64,000 nucleotides of DNA from Lingula anatina (lineage: Eukaryota; Animalia; Brachiopoda). The DNA is taken from the NCBI GenBank assembly GCA_051362555.1, contig CM120645.1, forward strand, positions 12,462,001-12,526,000, written 5' to 3'. Below are positions 27,601 to 40,000 of this stretch, one piece after another (the first letter of the stretch is position 1; each line of letters opens with the position of its first letter). The translations under genes and the position numbers were made by a program. The notes beneath the pieces were generated by a model. The model made no database searches and was not told where the DNA came from. It saw only the letters and a list, made by a program, of their open reading frames with translations.

Positions 27601-28078
27601 TACGCTAACAAGTACGTACATACGCGGTTCTTCTTTTGATCAAGCCCATGTAAAAATTTTATGTGATAATATAAAAATCGATAAATTCCTCTGTCTACCT
27701 ATATACCTACATATTTATTTATTTATCTTTCTGTGCATCTTTTAATTAATAAATTTATTTATTGATTTATTCATTACTCATGGTCTTGTCTATTCATTTA
27801 ATTATACATTCATTAAAACTTTCATAACATATTAATTTATATGAGTCCCTGACAAAAATTGAAATTTTGAAGCAAATTGACGCTCCATTTCAAAACCCTC
27901 ATCCCTTTGCAGATGCGAGTTTCTGAAAGACAAGTGTCAAGACCTTTCAGCCGGTATTAACTTCGCAGCTATCTTCAAATGTGACGAGAACGGCAATCCT
28001 CTACCCGCACCTACCCGAGGGGGGCGTAGGCGATGTGGAAAACTGTGTAGACGGCGCCAGGGGCGTCAACCTGAGTAA
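24672..28078 (+). CDS. Secreted Arg/Gly/His-rich protein with two atypical Kazal-like domains (214 aa), paralog A
   Basis: Exons 24672-24705, 26667-26886, 27387-27611, 27913-28078; all introns GT-AG with consistent phases; 645 nt. Signal peptide MKYIIVLVLLIVLEVALA, then RRPGGPRGRHGDDDDSEGQGRRGRHGGRRG, two 6-Cys repeats (e.g. ICDSSDNSTYANKCEFLKDKC resembles the Kazal vCgsdg.TY.N.C....C pattern), and a basic tail RRRCGKLCRRRQGR. Confidence 0.85.
26927..27085. mobile_element. Degenerate family-1-like MITE in intron 2, predating the duplication
   Basis: CAAGTGGTTCGTGCCGTATTTGATCCGCGGA...GCGGATCAACTGG resembles the right arm of 7778-7963 and 4702-4791; also present in copy B at about 40160-40300. 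Confidence 0.35.
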
Positions 28079-30047
28079 ACGTCATCAATAAGGAATAAGA
28101 ATTATGACGCTATCACGAAAAGAAGCAGCGTTTACAGCCTGTTAATCTGTCCTTGACGCTTTACTTTTAATAACAATTCTAGCGAGACCAACACGTATGT
28201 GTATCATTGTTGCATGGGAATCAGCGGAGATAACCCCGAGTCTCGCAGCTTGGCTCAAAATCAAGCGAGATTTCGCGGCATTTGGAGGAGAGTGGGTTAG
28301 GAAACAATGGCAGGCCAGTTTCGTTTTATGTTATTTCTGATGATTCCCATTGAAAAGACTCCTTTTCTGTCTTAGCACAATGTGATCAAACATGTTGATA
28401 AATGTTGTAGTTTCATACTGTCTGTTCATTGGTCTTTGTACTGAAGTTAATGTTGTAAAATGGACATCCTTTTTCAACAGCACAGATACATTAGATCGCT
28501 TCCATTTAGATTTCATTCTCATTGAATAATGTTTAATCATTTATAAGTACTAACAAAAGTAAGTATGCCTTTTTCCTGTTTTTGTAAGAACTTCTCATGC
28601 ACATTTCTTCCATAAATATCCATAATGTGATTTCTCGTAATAAAACACATGCGAAAATGCCTCTCCTGAGTTTTTTCCTCTTGGAGCATTATATCAGCTC
28701 TACATGCTTCATAAGCAAAGAAATACCTGTCATCTCAACATTGTACTTACGAGAAACGTTAACAAATTGTCTAGGTAATGAGGTTGTGAAAAAATTCCTA
28801 ATACGCACCGAAAAATCTGTTGACCCTGGCGTACAAACAACCATGGGAGTTGAATGGAGGTATGGCGAGTTATAGGAGTTATTTTGACATTTTATCCTGT
28901 TTTGTTTGTAAAGACAAAAAGTACACTCAAAATAATATGTGTACAGAGTAACTGCCGTACATATCTTTTACCTTTGTCCAAAATGTACCCACAAATTACG
29001 GGACAAGAGCTGGGATATTGTATGCCCCGGTTTTAGCGACATCTGGTGAGCGGTCCTTTCACACAATATTTTGAGTGAACTTGTCTTTACGGGTACTTCC
29101 ATTTAGGTCTTTTTACATTGAACGCGTTGTTCAATTTTACGAGATAAAGGAACAATGAAAGCTTTGTTTTTTGTGTTTATGGGAAAACCCCTGGTTATGT
29201 GACCATTGCGACAGGTTGGGAGACAGTGCTCTGTCGCAATCAGGAATAGGAGAGCACCGCAAACGTTGTCTGCATATGGCTGAAAAGTGCTTTTTGTTGA
29301 AACTGATAAACACAGCCAATGCTCTCCTTGTCTCCTTCTCTTTCTCAAAAGATATCGAATAATTAACTTAGTTGCTGTGGAAACTGTTAGAAATCCGAAG
29401 TTTGTGTTGGGTGTTTATCAGAGTTCCACAATATTTTCCAATTTGCTTTTTATCAATTGTTTAATTAATCAATGAGAATTTCATTTATTTGTTATTTATT
29501 TTCGGTATGTTTTGAAAGCATGATGATCGCGCTGCATCTCCTGTAACAGTTTAAAAATGATAAAAAAAGAATTAGAGCAAAATGCTTCTTTAAGTTTAGA
29601 CTTCGATCAGGATAAATTCTCCAAACTTGTGCGTTCAATGTTGTACCTCCTGGGGTTAATCTGAAAATACCAATATACGGTGCATTCCAAAAATTATCAG
29701 ACAAACATGTCTATATTTCATACAGCCTTGTATAAACACGCCAGGAGAAAATGACACACTGTAACGTTTATCCGAAAATCCAGATTAAGAACTGCATTAT
29801 CTCATCCACTTATTAAGATGGGAATTTTACGTGAACTCTGCTCTATACTGCAGTATTTCGTTTTGTAACATGTGCTCCTGATTTAAGTCACATATTTAAT
29901 TAATTATTTAAAAATAAGTCCAATTAGCATTTATATGAATTTCACAGTGTCAGAAATTGAAATATAAATTTAAAAAAGCTATACAAACGCGTGACAAGAA
30001 CTATACATTAACATGTGAACAGAGAAAAAAATACGAAAAGAGGATGC

Positions 30048-30119
30048 GGGCTTGTCCGGGATTTCAATCCGGGACCTCTCGCACCCAAAGCGAAAATCAT
30101 ACCCCTAGACCAACGAGGC
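30048..30119 (-). pseudogene. tRNA-Pro(UGG) pseudogene (decayed duplicate)
   Basis: 72-nt match to 42777-42848, with substitutions in both acceptor-stem strands, the T arm/B box (GGATTGAAAT instead of GGGTTCAAAT) and near the D/anticodon stem junction. Confidence 0.8.
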
Positions 30120-30394
30120 GCTATTAGAGTGTGGTGGTGTTTTATCGACTGCATCCAGGTATGACATGGGCCACTGTCACCAATGTTTCCACGCATGTGA
30201 AAAACCTGCAACACTGCAAGCCTATGTGCCTTTATTGAAGACACAGAGATAAGCTAGTGGACATAATCTACTTACTTCATTGTGTTGCGATGTTTGTTTG
30301 TCTGTCTGTTTGTTTGTTTTTTGTTTATTTCCTTTTCTTGTTTGCATCATTTTTTTTTTTTGGGGGGGGGGGGGCAAATCCCCCCCCCCCCCCC

Positions 30395-30828
30395 CCCAAG
30401 GGATGAGGAGGAGGGAGAATAAGAGGGGAGGTGTAAGGAAGGACAAGATGAGGAGGAGGAGGTTTCGGGAAGAGGAAGTACACCCTCCGTCCCTCCTCTT
30501 CCTCCTCCTCCCTAACGCCTTCTCCTCCTCCTCCTCCCTAACTCCCGTCCTCCTCCAAGAAGATGAGGAGGTGGAGGATTAGGAGGAGGAGGAAGGGAAA
30601 AGGAGGAGCAGGAGTTAGGGAGGAGGAGGGACGGGGGGGCGTACTTCCCCTTCCCTATACCTCCACCTCTTTCCTTCCTCCTCATCCTAATCCTCCTCCT
30701 CCTCCTCCTCCTCATCTTGTTGGAGGAGGAAGGACGGAGGGTGTACTTCCTCTTCCCCACATAGATCCTCCTCGTCTTTTTCTTCCCTACACCTCCCCGC
30801 TTATTCTTCCTCCTCCTTATCCCTTGGG
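30395..30828. mobile_element. Palindromic GGA/CCT-rich foldback element with CCCAAGGG termini
   Basis: Inverted arms of about 110 bp: CCCAAGGGATGAGGAGG...GAAGAGGAAGTACACCCTCCGTCC versus GGACGGAGGGTGTACTTCCTCTTC...CCTTATCCCTTGGG. Confidence 0.7.
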
Positions 30829-31125
30829 TGTTCTGGCACCTTGATGCATGCGAAGTAGTGTCTCTAAACTGTGGAGTTCATCAGATTGCACTGATATCTG
30901 TCGCGTGTATATGGACCTCATCTTCTTCGTCTTGTTGTTGCACAAAATCGACAAGCACATTTTTCAAAGCAACCGCGACAGCCATGTCTTTCTCTCTAAC
31001 TTATTACTGCTTATGCGTCAAGGTGCTAGAATCTCCTCCGAGCGCAACTGAGAATTAATTACAGCTTTGGAAGTAACTCGCTTAATTACGACGCGGGGTA
31101 TTCAGGGCACAGACCGTGATCACTA

Positions 31126-32087
31126 CCCAGTGGGCAAATCATGTTGTTTCAACGTTGAAACAATGTTGAACTATAACGTTGACAAGACGTTGGATTAACA
31201 TTGGATTTGAAAGTTGTATCAACGTCAAATAACAACGTTGTATCAACGTCAGATAAGAACATTGTATCAACGCCAGTTGTTAGACAACATTCTTGCATGA
31301 AAAGACATTAAAATGACCTGTTTTTATTTTTGGTACATATCACAGGTACACAATTATAAAGTACACTGTAAAAACATCTAAGTGCCTGCTTTGTCTCATT
31401 TTTTCAACGCATTTATCTCCTTTAGAAGCACGTTTTGCTTCTAAGCATGTTACACGCTTTTAGCCTGGATGTGTTTAGCAGTACTAGGACGCGTTTGATG
31501 GCTAAATATATGTAGAGTGTATATGTATGGCCTATAAGTTAGGATTTCCAAGGTTTAGTTTTACATATATAAGAAAGTCATGGTCACCTCAACCTGTCTA
31601 TCTATCTATCTATAGCAGGGTACCGTGAACTGTCAGCAACGTTAACATCACTCCATCACACTTACAGTGACTTATTCATCCTTGTGTTAACTGACCTTTC
31701 GAGGCAGTTTATTGGAATGTATTTCTGAATAACAAGTTAAGAAAATTCACTAGTTCACTAGTTCACTAAAGACACAAAACAACTGTCACTTTTACTTTAA
31801 AGCACCATTTTTAATATTTCGATAATGTTCGTTACAGTATTGATAAACATAGTATCACGTTTTCAATAATTAATATCTTAAATTACGATCCATGTCTTGC
31901 ATCACGACGACCTAACAACAACGTTGAGTCAATGACCAAAATACAACGTTGAGTCAACGTCACATTATGACGGCGTTTTGACGTGGCTGGATCAACATTG
32001 ATTTGACGTTAAATTTAGGTAGATCAACGGCCATTCAACGTCCCAACCTGTTTTCAACGTTGATCCAATGTCATTATGCCTGCTGGG
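31126..32087. mobile_element. Non-autonomous DNA transposon with CCCAG termini (EnSpm/CACTA-like)
   Basis: TIR CCCAGTGGGCA / TGCCTGCTGGG, 2-bp TA TSD, dense subterminal CAACGTTG repeats at both ends. Confidence 0.8.
31364..31519. mobile_element. Small CACTG-terminus element nested in the CCCAG element
   Basis: TA|CACTGTA...TAGAGTG|TA with an internal TTAGAAGCA/TGCTTCTAA palindrome. Confidence 0.4.
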
Positions 32088-33211
32088 TAGATACCGCCAA
32101 TGGGTTTTTGGATTTTTAGAATTTAGATTTTTCATGTGAACGGTGCCTTATTGAGTGCAAGTTTATTTTCTTTGAGTGTCAACAAGTGCAGGAATTGTTC
32201 TCGTAGTAGAGAAAGATGGAACATGTCAAATTCACATATAGTTTGATTTGATTGGTTAGTCTCTCAATAGATATGTAAGTTTCTAACACGTGAAAAATGC
32301 TTGCAAACTCGTGATGGGCAAGGTCCAGACATGAGTAATTCAAATAAAATTTTAGATATTTTAATTGAAAACAAGTCTCTTAGGGATTGCCTTATAAGGA
32401 AATGTTGAATGGCTGTTTGCAACATGAGAATAGAAAATTCCTTGTAATCACGCAACGACAATAGAAAGAAAATAAGTAAATGCGTGATCAATGCGGGGAG
32501 ATAGAGTATAAATACTTGTGAAATTGTGTGGAAAGAGAGTCGGTGAATAAACGTTTGAAAGCTCCAGACTGTTGTCGTTATTCCTCACTATAACAGAATT
32601 CTTCAAAATAAACCACAGAGTAAACCGGTTAGGTGAGACTATTGTAATCCACAAAGGGGGAGGTACACAAGCCAAATACCTAATACATCATTCTTATAAC
32701 TTAATACAGCTGATGAAATTCTTCTCTGACAAGATAACGCTGTAATAAAAAAATCAAAATACACAATACAGGACTTAAACATTTATGAAAACAATTAAAA
32801 AAAGCATTGGCAGCCATAGTCCCCCCCCCCCCTAAAAAATTTGTTAACAAACAAACAATAAGAAAGCAATTTTTAAAATTTTTACAAGGAACACCGTTGT
32901 ATAATCGTCTTGAAAAAAAGCTGGAAATTCAATAACGCCGAATTGATACTTTTTATTTAAACTAAAATCCGTCAACTTAAAGTGTCAACAAGTTTTATAT
33001 AACAAAATAATCTTCATTTAAATCCGCTTACAAAGAGGTTTGAAGAGGACAAAACGAACTTCAGGATGCTTCAAATTCAACTGTCATACAGTTGACTGGT
33101 GTAGACGGTGGGATGCGGGGCCCATTGTCAATAGAGATGAAATTATAATGTCAACACGTTTTCTAAAACTTCACTTAAAAAGGGGATTTAAAACTACAAT
33201 GAGAAGTTTCG

Positions 33212-33213
<2 letters not shown>

Positions 33214-33304
<91 letters not shown>
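33214..33304. repeat. (AT)n microsatellite
   Basis: About 45 uninterrupted AT units. Confidence 0.97.
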
Positions 33305-33305
<1 letters not shown>

Positions 33306-33513
33306 CAAAGTCACAGTCACCTCAACCTGTCTATCCATGGGCGTAACTAGGCATTCGCACGGATGCACTGTGCGCACAATTTTTTTGGCCTACCATGATA
33401 TTATTTTATATAGATTTAGTATATTTTTCACGGAATATAATCGAAAATCCTTTGCGAATTAAAGTCACAAATCCTCTGTATCAATTATATATGTTCTGAC
33501 CCCCCGTCTTGCA

Positions 33514-33627
33514 TACTCTCCGCCTCGCACACGCCTCCCCATGTGTCGTCCCAATGGAGCCGAGATTTAATGACTGTACCCCCGCAGGGACGACGCATAA
33601 GGCGGCGTGTGAGAGGCGGAAAGACTA
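33514..33627. mobile_element. Small GC-rich foldback element (TAG-like terminus, possibly Academ-type MITE)
   Basis: Arms TCTCCGCCTCGCACACGCC..ATGTGTCGTCCC / GGGACGACGCAT..GGCGTGTGAGAGGCGGAAAGACTA. Confidence 0.45.
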
Positions 33628-33730
33628 TTAAAAAATTAGGCGGTTTTCCTTTCATGTACGTCCGCCATATTTAGTTCGTGGCTTTGTAGAGCCATGGCTA
33701 AACTCGATGTGAATGCGGCCTAAGAATAAT

Positions 33731-34220
33731 AACTAGACTGCAACTGGCTGAAGCCAGTGGCGGATGATTCCCCTGAAAAACAGGTGTGGAATGACCTTGA
33801 AGAAAAAGGTCAATTACAAGGCCATGTGCTAAATCTGATCCCATATTCTGAAAGAGCATATGTGGATTAGGGGAGGTTTATCAACAATACATCAGTTTTA
33901 GCCTAAGTGAATATGTCACCTTGAAATGTCCAAATAACCTTGAAATTGAAGGTCAAGGTCATATTTGACATTTGATTTGGGGATGTTGGGTATAGGTTTG
34001 GGGTAGTTTACTATAGCATGTTATCACAAAAAATCAGTATTTCATGGAGAAATTGCCAAAGTCACGATTTCTGCGACATCATAAATATTTAAAAATCTAT
34101 ATTTAAAAAACGAATCAAGCAATTGCTACGAAAGTTCAGCTAACTTTAGATAAGACTATAAGGCATCCTTTGCTTGCAAAAATTAGGCTCTAGGCCTCCC
34201 GGTTTTTGTTTGGGAAAGAA
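33731..34220. mobile_element. Helentron/HINE-like repeat fragment
   Basis: Begins AACTAGA, followed by a short hairpin ACTGGC-TGAA-GCCAGT, with internal TGACCTTGA/AAGGTCAAGGTCA motifs typical of such invertebrate repeats; family assignment is inference. Confidence 0.4.
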
Positions 34221-34597
34221 TTGAATCTGGTATCAGGTATCCAATAGATCTTTTCATGTGGGGGTGGGGGATGGGATGGCCACTTCCTCATGCATGTAGC
34301 TCTTTAACCAGTATTTTCCTTATTTCAAATTGAGGTTTTACCTTTAAAAAAAAGAAGACGGCAAACAACCGGAACTATTTGGTTTAAACACAGAGGAATA
34401 ATGCACATATTTTGTTTACTGTAACTCTGTTACATGGGACACAAACTTTTCTGTTACTGGTTCAAGGACTACAAAACTTTTACTCCTCGATAGGGAAGTC
34501 CTACTTCTCGACCTTTCTTTGTCTCCTTGTCCTGAACCGTGGCACGCTGCAAAAGCAGCCCTTCGCGTGATAGAGGCTACAGGTGATACCAGCGCGA

Positions 34598-34632
34598 TAT
34601 AAAAAGACCCTTAGCAGCAATCCTCGTCATTT
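34598..34632 (+). promoter_or_regulatory. TATA box and Inr of Kazal-like gene B
   Basis: TATAAAAA at 34598 and TCATTT about 30 bp downstream, as in copy A. Confidence 0.7.
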
Positions 34633-34742
34633 GGAGACAGCCTGCCGAGAGGTCAAAATTTTTGTCTTAGAGCTGTACTTGGCGACAAGGGGACATCTCC
34701 CGGTATCAAGAAGTACCTACTAGTACTCTGAAAAGGTCCATC

Positions 34743-37007
34743 ATGAAGTACATAATAGTGCTGGTTTTGTTGATCTGTAAGTATGGTTCACAACTACAAA
34801 AAATGAGTTTACTGCAATAGTTTGAATTGGTAAGATGAGTAAGAAACCGAAAGTTGTTAAAAACAATATAAGTTTTACAATGTTAAGGGATTGATGAAGT
34901 TTGATAAAATGACAGGAATAGTTGCATTAGGCACTGGTTATATCTATATGCATCTCTTTCTCCAAATTTGACATTACGTCTATGGAAAAAGGTACGTGTA
35001 TGATTCCATTTCGGGCATAAGTTCAGATCTGTATGGCGTGTATCTTATTCCATTTCTTATTATGATTCCACCGTCTTCTTTGTGTACTCAGTCTGGTAGA
35101 ATGTAGAACGATAGAAAAGATTTATTGCCTCTTAAGACTGTTCTCAAATTGAACCAATCACTGAGAATAAAATTAGAGTCATTTGACTCTCTAGTCAGAG
35201 TCCAGCACCCCTTGACCCTTGTGGAGTTAATTTGACTCCAATATAAGGGTCAAATTACCCCACTACCCGAGTCTTTAGACTCTGTTATAAGAGTCGATCA
35301 CCCCCTGGCTCTCATGGAGTCAATCTGACTCTAAAATCAGAGTCAAATTGCCGGGGGCCAGTGTCTGGCTGACCCCTTTCACCGACTCTTTTCGCTCGCT
35401 GGACAGTAAGCCTCGTTTCAGTACTTGTGATGGCAGTGAGCAGACGACGTGAAGAGAACGGTTTTCATCATCCTTTGTCAGTATAAACATTACTTTATTG
35501 GCCATAGTTGGTTTTATGCATGAACAAGTGGTTTTTCTTCATGCAGAACTCGTGCACTTATTACTGACCCGGGCTTTCAGTTGCCCACACCCTTTATGTG
35601 ATATGTTAGTATACAGGTCAACAGGTTTTGTTTCCATGTTGTGGGTTTGACCCACCAATGCATGTCACTGGGGAGGTATGCTCACTCATTGGTATATTTG
35701 TGGTATATATATATATATATATACATGCCATGCTGTTTTTACCAGATTCACAAACTATTTGTTATTGGAAACTCAACACCACATGCGCTCGGAGTGTCCG
35801 TCTCCAGAGCGGGAGGACTTGGGTTCAAACCCGTCCGTGCACAAACCATTCGTTAATAAACGGTACCTGCTGTCTCCCCGCTTGGCACTATGTCTTTTTT
35901 TTTCATAATGTGCCAAGGAGTCAAAAATTCCTTAATATGGGGTCATGGTGACTCTTTTGTAGAGATAAATCAAGGGATGAAGGGATGCGTGAATGGAGTC
36001 GATTGTGACCCTTATGTGGGGTCTGGGATGGCGTTACTCCATCGGAGTCAACTTGACTACAATTGGGATAGGTTCCACTGCTGGACTCCTAGTTTGGAAT
36101 CACTTGGACTCCCGTTTTATTCTCAGTGATATGAAGTCACTGCAAATATTGAAGCATACCATGAAAGAACTACATAAAAAGTAGTGTGTAATACGTTTCC
36201 TAAAACGTCAGGTACCAGTGCCGGTATTGTTATGGAAATGACACGACTTGCTCTGTGAATAACATTTAGTTATTCTGTTACTTAAACGTGTTTAATCAAT
36301 TTTAATTATTAGATTTTTTTTGGTAATATTTTAACTCGCTGCAGTGAAGTTATTATGCAGTGTAAAATGTACGAACTACACTTTTATACAGGAGAGACCA
36401 AAGCATTCTATAGTACAAAGGCACTAAAGCGTGGTTTTTTATGTTGCCAAGGATTTTATGTATCTATATAGTTAGAACAGCTGTTCTGTTGTAGCGGGGA
36501 ATGATGACACGTGCATGTGAAGTAAAAAGAGGATAAAGAACTGTGCTGCTTGCAGCTTCCAAAAACACACCCCCTGATATCAGGGGTCTCTAAGATAGTA
36601 TACAAAATTAAAGTATGTGAGACACAATAATTTTGTAACGGACCAGTAGCGCACCTAGTGATCAGAGAGTACCAATAACATCAGAATACATGGGATCTTT
36701 GTTTGTATTCATGGTATGCACGGTCTTTTAACCTTGGATCTGTTAATTTGTGCGGCTGTCACACCCAAACTATAAGGCTTGGTTGTATAAGGCAGGTGTC
36801 ACGCACACGTCAAACGTCGTTTTTTTTTTGCCAGTGTAACTATAAACGAAAAACGAAGGGAAAATATCAGAAAAAAAATTGGTAAAACGATTGGTTGTCT
36901 AAAAAACTATATTCAAAACTTTCATGAGATATCAATTATACACTGGAAATGTCATTTTTATTTCAACAGAAAACCATAGTAGTGTTTTTGCAGTGCGCAA
37001 GCACTTA

Positions 37008-37052
<45 letters not shown>

Positions 37053-40000
37053 ATCTCAACCTGTGTGCACATGTACTCCACCAGTAATACCTTTTAATAA
37101 GGTCATGACCTTGACCTCCAGTGACCCAGAGACTAGTTGCCAAAGATTGGGGTTCCCTTACTTAGAAGGAGTTGATACGTTTCTGTGACATTGGGTTCCC
37201 AAGTTATGGATTTCAAGTCCACCCACCCCATTCAATGGCGGCCATTTTGGATTTTTGTGGAATAAGACTTTGCCATGGGGGGATTCATGGGGAAATTTTT
37301 TTGGACGGACCAGAGTCAGTTGAGAAACATTTGTCACCAATTTTTTCCAACCTAAGTTGTTTATTGACTGGCCTATAAGCAGGCCTATTTTACCTAAGAC
37401 TATATACAGACTTGACATTTAATATGGAATATTTCAGTTTCAACGGTATGCTTAGGTAAAAATGCGTTCTTTTTTCATAAAACTCAGATCTCATATAAGA
37501 TATCTGACTGGAGAAGTGTGAAGTCAGGTGTGTCGCTACCAATTAACTGATTACCAAGTCTGTTGCACTGCTGCCTTGTGTAATATGCAGTGATTTAAGT
37601 GGGTAGTGCTCCTTTGGCCTGTTCTAAGCTGGGCTTTGGCGAAGCATGGTTCCGTCAAAAAAGTATCCATATGTCGGCAACTACTGCATAGAAGAATTTG
37701 AAATTTTGCATGTAAGCGGTCGGTTTTGCAGTGCGTAAAATGAGTTCAACAATGTTTTAAAAATTGTTAATCTGTGTCAGAATGGCGCGAAAAAGATAGA
37801 CATTGCCAGACAGATTATTGTGTCAAACGGAATGGTCTGCACAGTTCCATGGAGTTATGCCCAGACTGATGTACCTGCACAGAAACCACGCCCAATGTAT
37901 TGACATCTTACCACCAGGGCACAGAACTCATTGTCCTTCAGGATATGCTGCTGCAACTAAACAAAAGCCACCCAGTCCGTTCAGAATGAGGGGCAAATTG
38001 TGACCAAAACGCGTTTTTCAAGGCTCTTAGTGAATACCAAACTGGTTTTAGCAGGTTAGAATACCAAACGACCTCTGAGGAAGGCACTGTAAACAGCAAA
38101 ACAGCGTCGTCAGTTTCTCTAATGAATTGAGGACTATGACCGTTTCTGGGTAGAACATTGAAACCGCGTGGCTTTCTTTATTGAGGTCAGATTTCACCTG
38201 TACTGCTTAACTGGTCACAGCAGAGTTTATAGACATCTTGAAGCGGCCTACGACAAGGCGTGTGCCGCTTCTAAAGTGACTAGGGTCATTGGCAGCGTCA
38301 GTATTTGGAGTGGATACCACATTGGTGCCAAAACACCAATGGTAGTCATTGATGAAAACCTAAACCAGATGAAATAAAGGAATGATCTGGGAACCATTTG
38401 ACTATCATTTGATAGAGGGCACCTTAGGAACAATTTTAGGTTGCACGATGAGATTGTCCGTTCACACAGAGCACTTTTAATAGCAGATAACTTACAGAGC
38501 CAAGGGATTGAGCAGATACATTGGTCATCAAAATCGCCATATTTGAACCACATAGACAATACGTGGGTAGGTTATTACTCAAAGAATCAACGGCCTTCAT
38601 GCCCTACAACAAATCTGAACCAAATTGGACAAGTTTTGACCGTTGCCGGGAATTTTTTCCAGATTAAACTCTAAAAACCTATTCTAAGGAACGCCTTGCC
38701 GCTTGAAAGCTCTGGTAGCAGCCAGATGAGGTCAGGAGTAACAGCGACCGTTGCTATGACATGACACTGACATGAGGGTCCTTTGTGGGGCATGTAACTC
38801 TTTTAAAGACGATAATTTGGAAAATATGGAGATCCAAAATATCGCTTTCAATGGTTGTCGTATGACTTAGAGTAGGCAATGCATTTTGGTTTGCTTCACT
38901 GGCGAATTCTATTAATGAACTGATGTCACAATGACATCAAAGAGATAAATAAAAGTTATTAAAACATGATTTTAATCCTTATTTTCATTTATCAGTCAGC
39001 AAAATAGGAAAAAACTGATGAAAAATAATTTGGAAAAAAATATTCCATATTAAATGTCAAGTCTGTAGTTTATGCACTCGGTTTTAGGGAGAGAACAAAA
39101 TACCAGTCCGCTCTACTGTTTGAAGAATAAATAAAAGTCTTTGGCTCAATTTCATCCCATTTTCCCCTTCATTCCAGTTCTTGAAGTTGCCCTGGCCAGA
39201 CCTCCCGTGGGCCTTCGAGGTCGGCATGCAGATGATAATAGCGAAGGTCAAAGACGTCCAGGTAGACATGGCGGGAGACGCGTCAACAGACAACGTGGCT
39301 TAACCTGTGCTAATATCACTGAGACTGATTGTGACGTCTTGCCGTCAATGCGCCTGTGTGATGATGCAGGGTCCTATACCAACTGGTAATTAATTTAGTA
39401 ATATTCGGCCTTTATCTACCCTAGGTTCTAGATTTCAGTTTTACCAGCTCGTTCTTGATTTCATATATAACCGATATCAGCAAACCTGAACTGTAGCCAC
39501 TAGCAGCATATTGAGGGCGTGTTTGGCAAAAATTTTGCCTGGGGCTCTTCCATATTTGGAAGTCACAAGTCTCGTACGTCACAGCTTTAACCCGCCTGGA
39601 GCTGCCTTTCCAGCCTTACGCTGACGATATCTCGCGTAGACGAGACAAGAAGCAAAGTGGCTGACGCAGAGTTTGAAGTTTGAACTAAGAATATCTTGCA
39701 ATCGAAAGTCAGTGCCACAACACAAGCAACTTTCTGCTTTAAAAAATTATTTTTGGTGTAGCCATTGCGCAGTCCTTATAGTGGTATCGGGCATGCAATG
39801 TAGGTGTCAAACTTGGCACGCGTTAAACACGTGTATTGTGTTTATATCTCAAGGAGCAAATGATATAAAAACATCTGGTATATCTTTTTCTTTTAAAATA
39901 TATTACTTATTTTTCAATTTACATCTTATATACAGTAAATAAAATTAAATAAAGCAAGACTAAATCTGCTTTACGTTTCATTTTGGACTAATGACATTCA

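Larger units (their letters stand above)
23854..30288 (+). repeat. Segmental duplication copy A (Kazal-like gene plus tRNA-Pro)
   Basis: Collinear, high-identity match to 34223-43018, from GAATCTGGTATCAGGTATCC to TTCAT(T/G)GTGTTGC. Confidence 0.95.
31050..32147. mobile_element. Partial family-3 element interrupted by a nested insertion
   Basis: 31050-31125 plus 32088-32147 rejoin to give the centre and right arm of 20866-21122 (…GTGATCAC|TA|GATACCGC…). Confidence 0.75.

Noticed and set aside
28103-28160. SECIS-like ATGA...AAA in the Kazal-like gene 3' UTRs
   Set aside because: No GA on the 3' side of the stem, and no in-frame TGA in either CDS.
30222-30844. Overlapping Arg/Pro/Ser-rich ORFs
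   Set aside because: They derive from the GGA/CCT foldback element and homopolymer runs.
33040-33462. IYIYIY ORFs on both strands
   Set aside because: They arise from the (AT)n microsatellite.
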